This document shows positions 7,159 to 10,351 of a stretch of 10,351 nt of DNA, in pieces; positions within the stretch are counted from its first letter, which is position 1; each line of letters starts with the position of its first letter. The notes under the pieces were generated by a model. It did not search any database, was not told where the DNA came from, and saw nothing but the letters and a program-made list of their open reading frames with translations. The translations under genes were made by a program, and so were the position numbers. The DNA is from Candidatus Altiarchaeales archaeon IMC4 (lineage in GTDB: Archaea > Altiarchaeota > Altiarchaeia > IMC4), in contig MCBF01000001.1 in NCBI GenBank assembly GCA_001742785.1, forward strand, positions 835,295 through 845,645, written 5' to 3'.

Positions 7159-8082
7159 ATGGAAAATGAAACAAAAAAACGGATGAAAATATTGAGTATA
7201 CTGCTGGTTGCAGGACTGGTGCTGGGTTTTGTAGGAAACGCTGTAGGTGCCGGAGAGATAATTCGTGGCATCGTACCCACAGGAATTATGCCGGATGGAA
7301 TGGAAGATCCGGAATTGGAAGTATCTATGATGGAGACAGATGGCGGCGGAAGAATAGTAATATATAAAACACCTGCTGGCGGCAAGGTGGTAAAAACCAG
7401 TGGTGTGATTGGTGTTTTTGGCGGAGGCGGAGAATGCGACGGAGAATGCGGTTCCGGTAGTGACGGTGCACCACCCGAAGTGTTGTTGTATGCACCAAAC
7501 ATGTACCTCGCAGTTGACATCGCAAAAAATGACAGCAGAGTGCAGGAATTGCTGGAGGGGGGATATGACATAACAGCCATAGAGGGCCCGTTTGATGAGG
7601 GCGCATCAACATTAGTATTGAGCATGAGCAAGAGGTACCAAGTTACGATAGATATGAACAGCAAATCAATAATATCTGTTGAACCGAGGAACTATTCTCT
7701 TGATGCTGACGAGTTGTTCATTGGCCATGGAGGTACCTACACGGGTAGCACCTTGCCACTAAGATCTCCGAGGGAAGATTTAAAAGATATATCGCCGGCT
7801 TGCTCAAGCGACATAAGCGATGACACCGTAATCGTCTTATATTGGGACAGTTGCGTATACTGCGCCTTCGAGAAACAAGTGGTTGAAAATCTGACAAAAG
7901 AGGGTTACAAGTTCTGCTGGGTGAACGCCAAGGATGACAACGCCCGCGCAGCAGCTGCTAAGTGGGTGGCAGATGACATAAGCGGGGTTCCGCAATTTAT
8001 TTGCGCCGGGACGAAAGAGACGAAACTCGGATATACGCAGGAATCGGAGTTGAAAAAATTCTCCGATGCGTGCAACCAATGA
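7159..8082 (+). CDS. Exported protein with a C-terminal thioredoxin-like domain (CVYC) and a central PepSY-like segment
   Basis: ATG 7159 follows GGAGG (7145-7149). The leader MENETKKRMKILSILLVAGLVLG is homologous to that of the 3707 gene. WDSCVYC (Cys codons 7852-7863) and SGVPQF cis-Pro-type loop. The PepSY-like call for AVDIAKNDSRVQELL...YQVTID is tentative. Confidence 0.75.
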   Translation: MENETKKRMKILSILLVAGLVLGFVGNAVGAGEIIRGIVPTGIMPDGMEDPELEVSMMETDGGGRIVIYKTPAGGKVVKTSGVIGVFGGGGECDGECGSGSDGAPPEVLLYAPNMYLAVDIAKNDSRVQELLEGGYDITAIEGPFDEGASTLVLSMSKRYQVTIDMNSKSIISVEPRNYSLDADELFIGHGGTYTGSTLPLRSPREDLKDISPACSSDISDDTVIVLYWDSCVYCAFEKQVVENLTKEGYKFCWVNAKDDNARAAAAKWVADDISGVPQFICAGTKETKLGYTQESELKKFSDACNQ

Positions 8083-8091
8083 AACGTTATA

Positions 8092-8119
8092 GGGGCGTTT
8101 GCCCCCTTTTTTTATTTTT
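8092..8119 (+). terminator. Hairpin plus T-tract terminator
   Basis: GGGGC-GTTT-GCCCC followed by C-TTTTTTT-A-TTTTT, starting 10 nt after the stop at 8082. Confidence 0.65.
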
Positions 8120-8136
8120 CAATCTAAAACTTAAAA

Positions 8137-8643
8137 GTGGAAACAAAAAGAATTCACGGAAGAACTGCCTTGGCGGCGGCGTTGTTTGTCGCTTCGGTAT
8201 TCGTACTCGTGTTAAAGCTGATGAGCCCGACGCCCCTTTTAATATCGGTGGGTGGGGAAACGATTCCCGTTAAGACCGTATCATTCACATTCATTGACGC
8301 GGCGATTCTTATTGCATCATCCCTCGTTCTCGGCATTAGCGGGATGTATCTGTTGTTTTTCGATTCGGTTGAAAAATCCGCCATATCGAAAAAACCGGCA
8401 GGGGAAGCGGTGTTGGAAGAACGGAGAAGAAAATGGGAAGAAACGGCCAAAACCCTGAAAAACGATGAGCAGACAATATATAACGTAATATCTAGTTCAG
8501 ACGGGATTATCAACCAAAGCGAACTCATAGAGGCAACCGGGTTTTCAAAATCAAACGTCAGCAGGATTCTTGACCTTCTGGAAAGCAGGGAACTTGTTGA
8601 AAAAAGAAGGCGCGGGATGGGCAACGTCATAATGCTGAGATAA
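8137..8643 (+). CDS. Membrane-anchored (2 TM) winged helix-turn-helix transcriptional regulator, COG2512-like, copy B
   Basis: GTG start; paralog of 6477..6986 with 50/69 identical residues in the C-terminal domain (manual count) and the same TM layout. Confidence 0.85.
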   Translation: METKRIHGRTALAAALFVASVFVLVLKLMSPTPLLISVGGETIPVKTVSFTFIDAAILIASSLVLGISGMYLLFFDSVEKSAISKKPAGEAVLEERRRKWEETAKTLKNDEQTIYNVISSSDGIINQSELIEATGFSKSNVSRILDLLESRELVEKRRRGMGNVIMLR

Positions 8644-8661
8644 ATGCCCATCTCAAAAAGC

Positions 8662-8754
8662 ATAATGTTCACACAGAGCCGCAAAGCCGCAGAGGAAAAA
8701 AGACCCAAATTTCAAAATATTCTTTGTGGCTCCGTGTCTTTGTGTGAATATTAT
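8662..8754 (+). repeat. Long imperfect inverted repeat (35-bp arms, 23-nt loop) whose arms contain octamer repeats
   Basis: 8662-8696 pairs with 8720-8754: 26 Watson-Crick, 6 G:U, 3 mismatches, no gaps. The left arm contains cacagagc-cgcaaagc-cgcagagg. Confidence 0.85.
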
Positions 8755-8760
8755 ATTTTT

Positions 8761-8776
8761 CAAATTGATATAAAAA
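8761..8776 (+). promoter_or_regulatory. Putative archaeal TATA box for the prenyltransferase-fni unit
   Basis: TATAAAAA at 8769-8776, 25-32 nt upstream of ATG 8801. No SD is evident, consistent with a leaderless or short-leader mRNA. Confidence 0.5.
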
Positions 8777-8800
8777 TGTCTAATTTCAATAGAATAGTGC

Positions 8801-9814
8801 ATGAACATCGACGACTACACCGAAAGGGTTCGCGCGGGGTTTGAGGAGATTTTGTCTGACATCGAGCGCGACGATTCCGCAACCATAAAGAAAATCTCAT
8901 CGAAATTCAAGCAGGCCTGCATCGATTACCCTATGCGCGGCGGAAAGTTCATGCGGCCGATGATCGTAGGGTACGCCTGCGATGCCGTCGGCGGCGATAT
9001 AAAAAAGAGCGTTCCTGCCGCGCTGGCGGTTGAGCTGATACACAACTTCTCGCTCGTCCACGACGACATAATGGACAACGATGAAACAAGGCGGGGCATG
9101 CCTTCGCTTCACGTGATCCACGGCGTGGGATATGCTATACTGGCGGGGGACATCCTCATGACCAAGATTATAGACGCAGTGTTAAAGATAGGTACGAATG
9201 CAGAAAACAAGGAAAAAATATTCCATATAATCTCAAGGGCGCTGACCGATTTGAGCGTGGGGCAGGCCCTTGACACCGGCTTCGAGAACGAGAATGATGT
9301 CAATGTCGAGGAGTACATATCGATGATAATCGGAAAAACCGCGCGGCTCTTTGAGGCGTCCTCAGAACTCGGCGCGGTCATCGGGGGCGGCAGCGAAAAG
9401 GAGGTAAATGCGCTCAGGGATTACGGGCTCAATCTCGGGATATGCTTCCAAATGGTTGACGACTGCCTTGGTCTTATCGGGGACCCGAAGGTGACGGGAA
9501 AGCCCGTCGGCTCTGACATAAACGAGCGCAAGAAGTCATACCCGATACTTGCCGCGCTTGCGGGCATCAATGAAAAAAGGCGCAAAGAAATCAGGAAACG
9601 CATGTATGTCGATTACAGAGGTAAGGATTTGCCGCAGGGTGTAATCGAAGAGATGAATGCAATAATAAAGGAAACCTGCGCTGTCGAAAAAACGAGGGAC
9701 GTTGCAAAGCAGTACATGGAAAAAGCCAGACGTTCGTTAATCATTCTGCCGGAATCGGAATCAAAGAATGCCCTTTTGGAAATCGCAAAAAATGCGTATG
9801 ACAGGGTTGCTTAA
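8801..9814 (+). CDS. Polyprenyl diphosphate synthase, probable archaeal geranylgeranyl diphosphate synthase
   Basis: GGKFMRP, FARM HNFSLVHDDIMDNDETRRG with Phe five residues before the FARM (short-chain, type I GGPPS signature), GQALD, KTA, SARM FQMVDDCLG and GKPVGSDI. Confidence 0.9.
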   Translation: MNIDDYTERVRAGFEEILSDIERDDSATIKKISSKFKQACIDYPMRGGKFMRPMIVGYACDAVGGDIKKSVPAALAVELIHNFSLVHDDIMDNDETRRGMPSLHVIHGVGYAILAGDILMTKIIDAVLKIGTNAENKEKIFHIISRALTDLSVGQALDTGFENENDVNVEEYISMIIGKTARLFEASSELGAVIGGGSEKEVNALRDYGLNLGICFQMVDDCLGLIGDPKVTGKPVGSDINERKKSYPILAALAGINEKRRKEIRKRMYVDYRGKDLPQGVIEEMNAIIKETCAVEKTRDVAKQYMEKARRSLIILPESESKNALLEIAKNAYDRVA

Positions 9815-9815
9815 A

Positions 9816-10351
9816 ATGATACAAGAGCGAAAGTCGGACCACCTCAGGATATGCGTTGAGAAAGATGTCGAGGCCGGAAATCCGGGGTTTGACAAGATAA
9901 GACTGGTACACGATGCACTGCCGGAGGTCGATTTCGATGAGATAGACCTGTCGATAAAATTCCTCGGCAAACCCCTGAAAATCCCGTTCATAATCGAGGC
10001 GATTACCGGCGGGAATAAAGAGGCAAAATCAATAAACAAGGGCATTGCCAAAGCCGCCCAGGAGTTGGGCGTCGGCTTCGGAGTCGGAAGCCAGAGGGCG
10101 GCGATCGAAGATGCTTCTCTGGCCGAAACCTACCAAGTGCGGGACGTTGCCCCGGACGCGTTCATCATCGCGAATCTGGGCGCCGTGCAGCTGAACTGTG
10201 GCTACGGTCTTGAGGAGTGCAGAAAGGCAGTCGAGATGATAGGCGCCGACGCGCTTGCCCTGCACATAAACCCGCTTCAGGAGGCCGTACAGCCGGAAGG
10301 CGACAAGAACTTCGCGGGGCTTGCAGAAAAGATAAACGAAATCGCGAAAGG
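9816..10351 (+). CDS. fni: Type 2 (FMN-dependent) isopentenyl-diphosphate delta-isomerase, 5' part (runs off the window end)
   Basis: Not in the ORF track because it has no stop. My translation from ATG 9816: MIQERKSDHLRIC...LVHDALPEVDFDEID...IEAITGG...GVGSQRAA...IANLGAVQL...ALHINPLQEAVQPEGD. Confidence 0.95.
   Translation, partial: MIQERKSDHLRICVEKDVEAGNPGFDKIRLVHDALPEVDFDEIDLSIKFLGKPLKIPFIIEAITGGNKEAKSINKGIAKAAQELGVGFGVGSQRAAIEDASLAETYQVRDVAPDAFIIANLGAVQLNCGYGLEECRKAVEMIGADALALHINPLQEAVQPEGDKNFAGLAEKINEIAK

Noticed and set aside
8644..8844. 66-aa ORF between regulator B and the prenyltransferase
   Set aside because: Simply a translation of the inverted repeat and promoter; overlaps the next gene and has no recognisable motif

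Overview
Archaeal genomic window. A minus-strand TIGR01212/YhcC-like radical SAM gene sits head-to-head with an isoprenoid cluster for the modified archaeal mevalonate pathway: phosphomevalonate dehydratase (aconitase X) large and small subunits, isopentenyl phosphate kinase, a GGPP-synthase-type prenyltransferase, and a type 2 IPP isomerase cut by the window end. About 5 kb between ipk and the prenyltransferase holds two tandem paralogous cassettes. Each has a conserved promoter with a palindromic operator, then an exported protein with a shared N-terminal leader but unrelated cargo (beta-propeller fusion vs thioredoxin-like), then a two-TM membrane-anchored winged-helix regulator. The most unusual signal is an apparent family of small, highly structured palindromic insertion elements. 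One copy is a 120-nt in-frame insert in the dehydratase gene. The other is a ~57-nt insert in the leader of cassette 2, and cassette 1 supplies its empty site. Short 7-8-nt tandem repeats in coding regions and a 35-bp G:U-rich intergenic hairpin also occur. All calls come from motif recognition and manual alignment; no searches were run.
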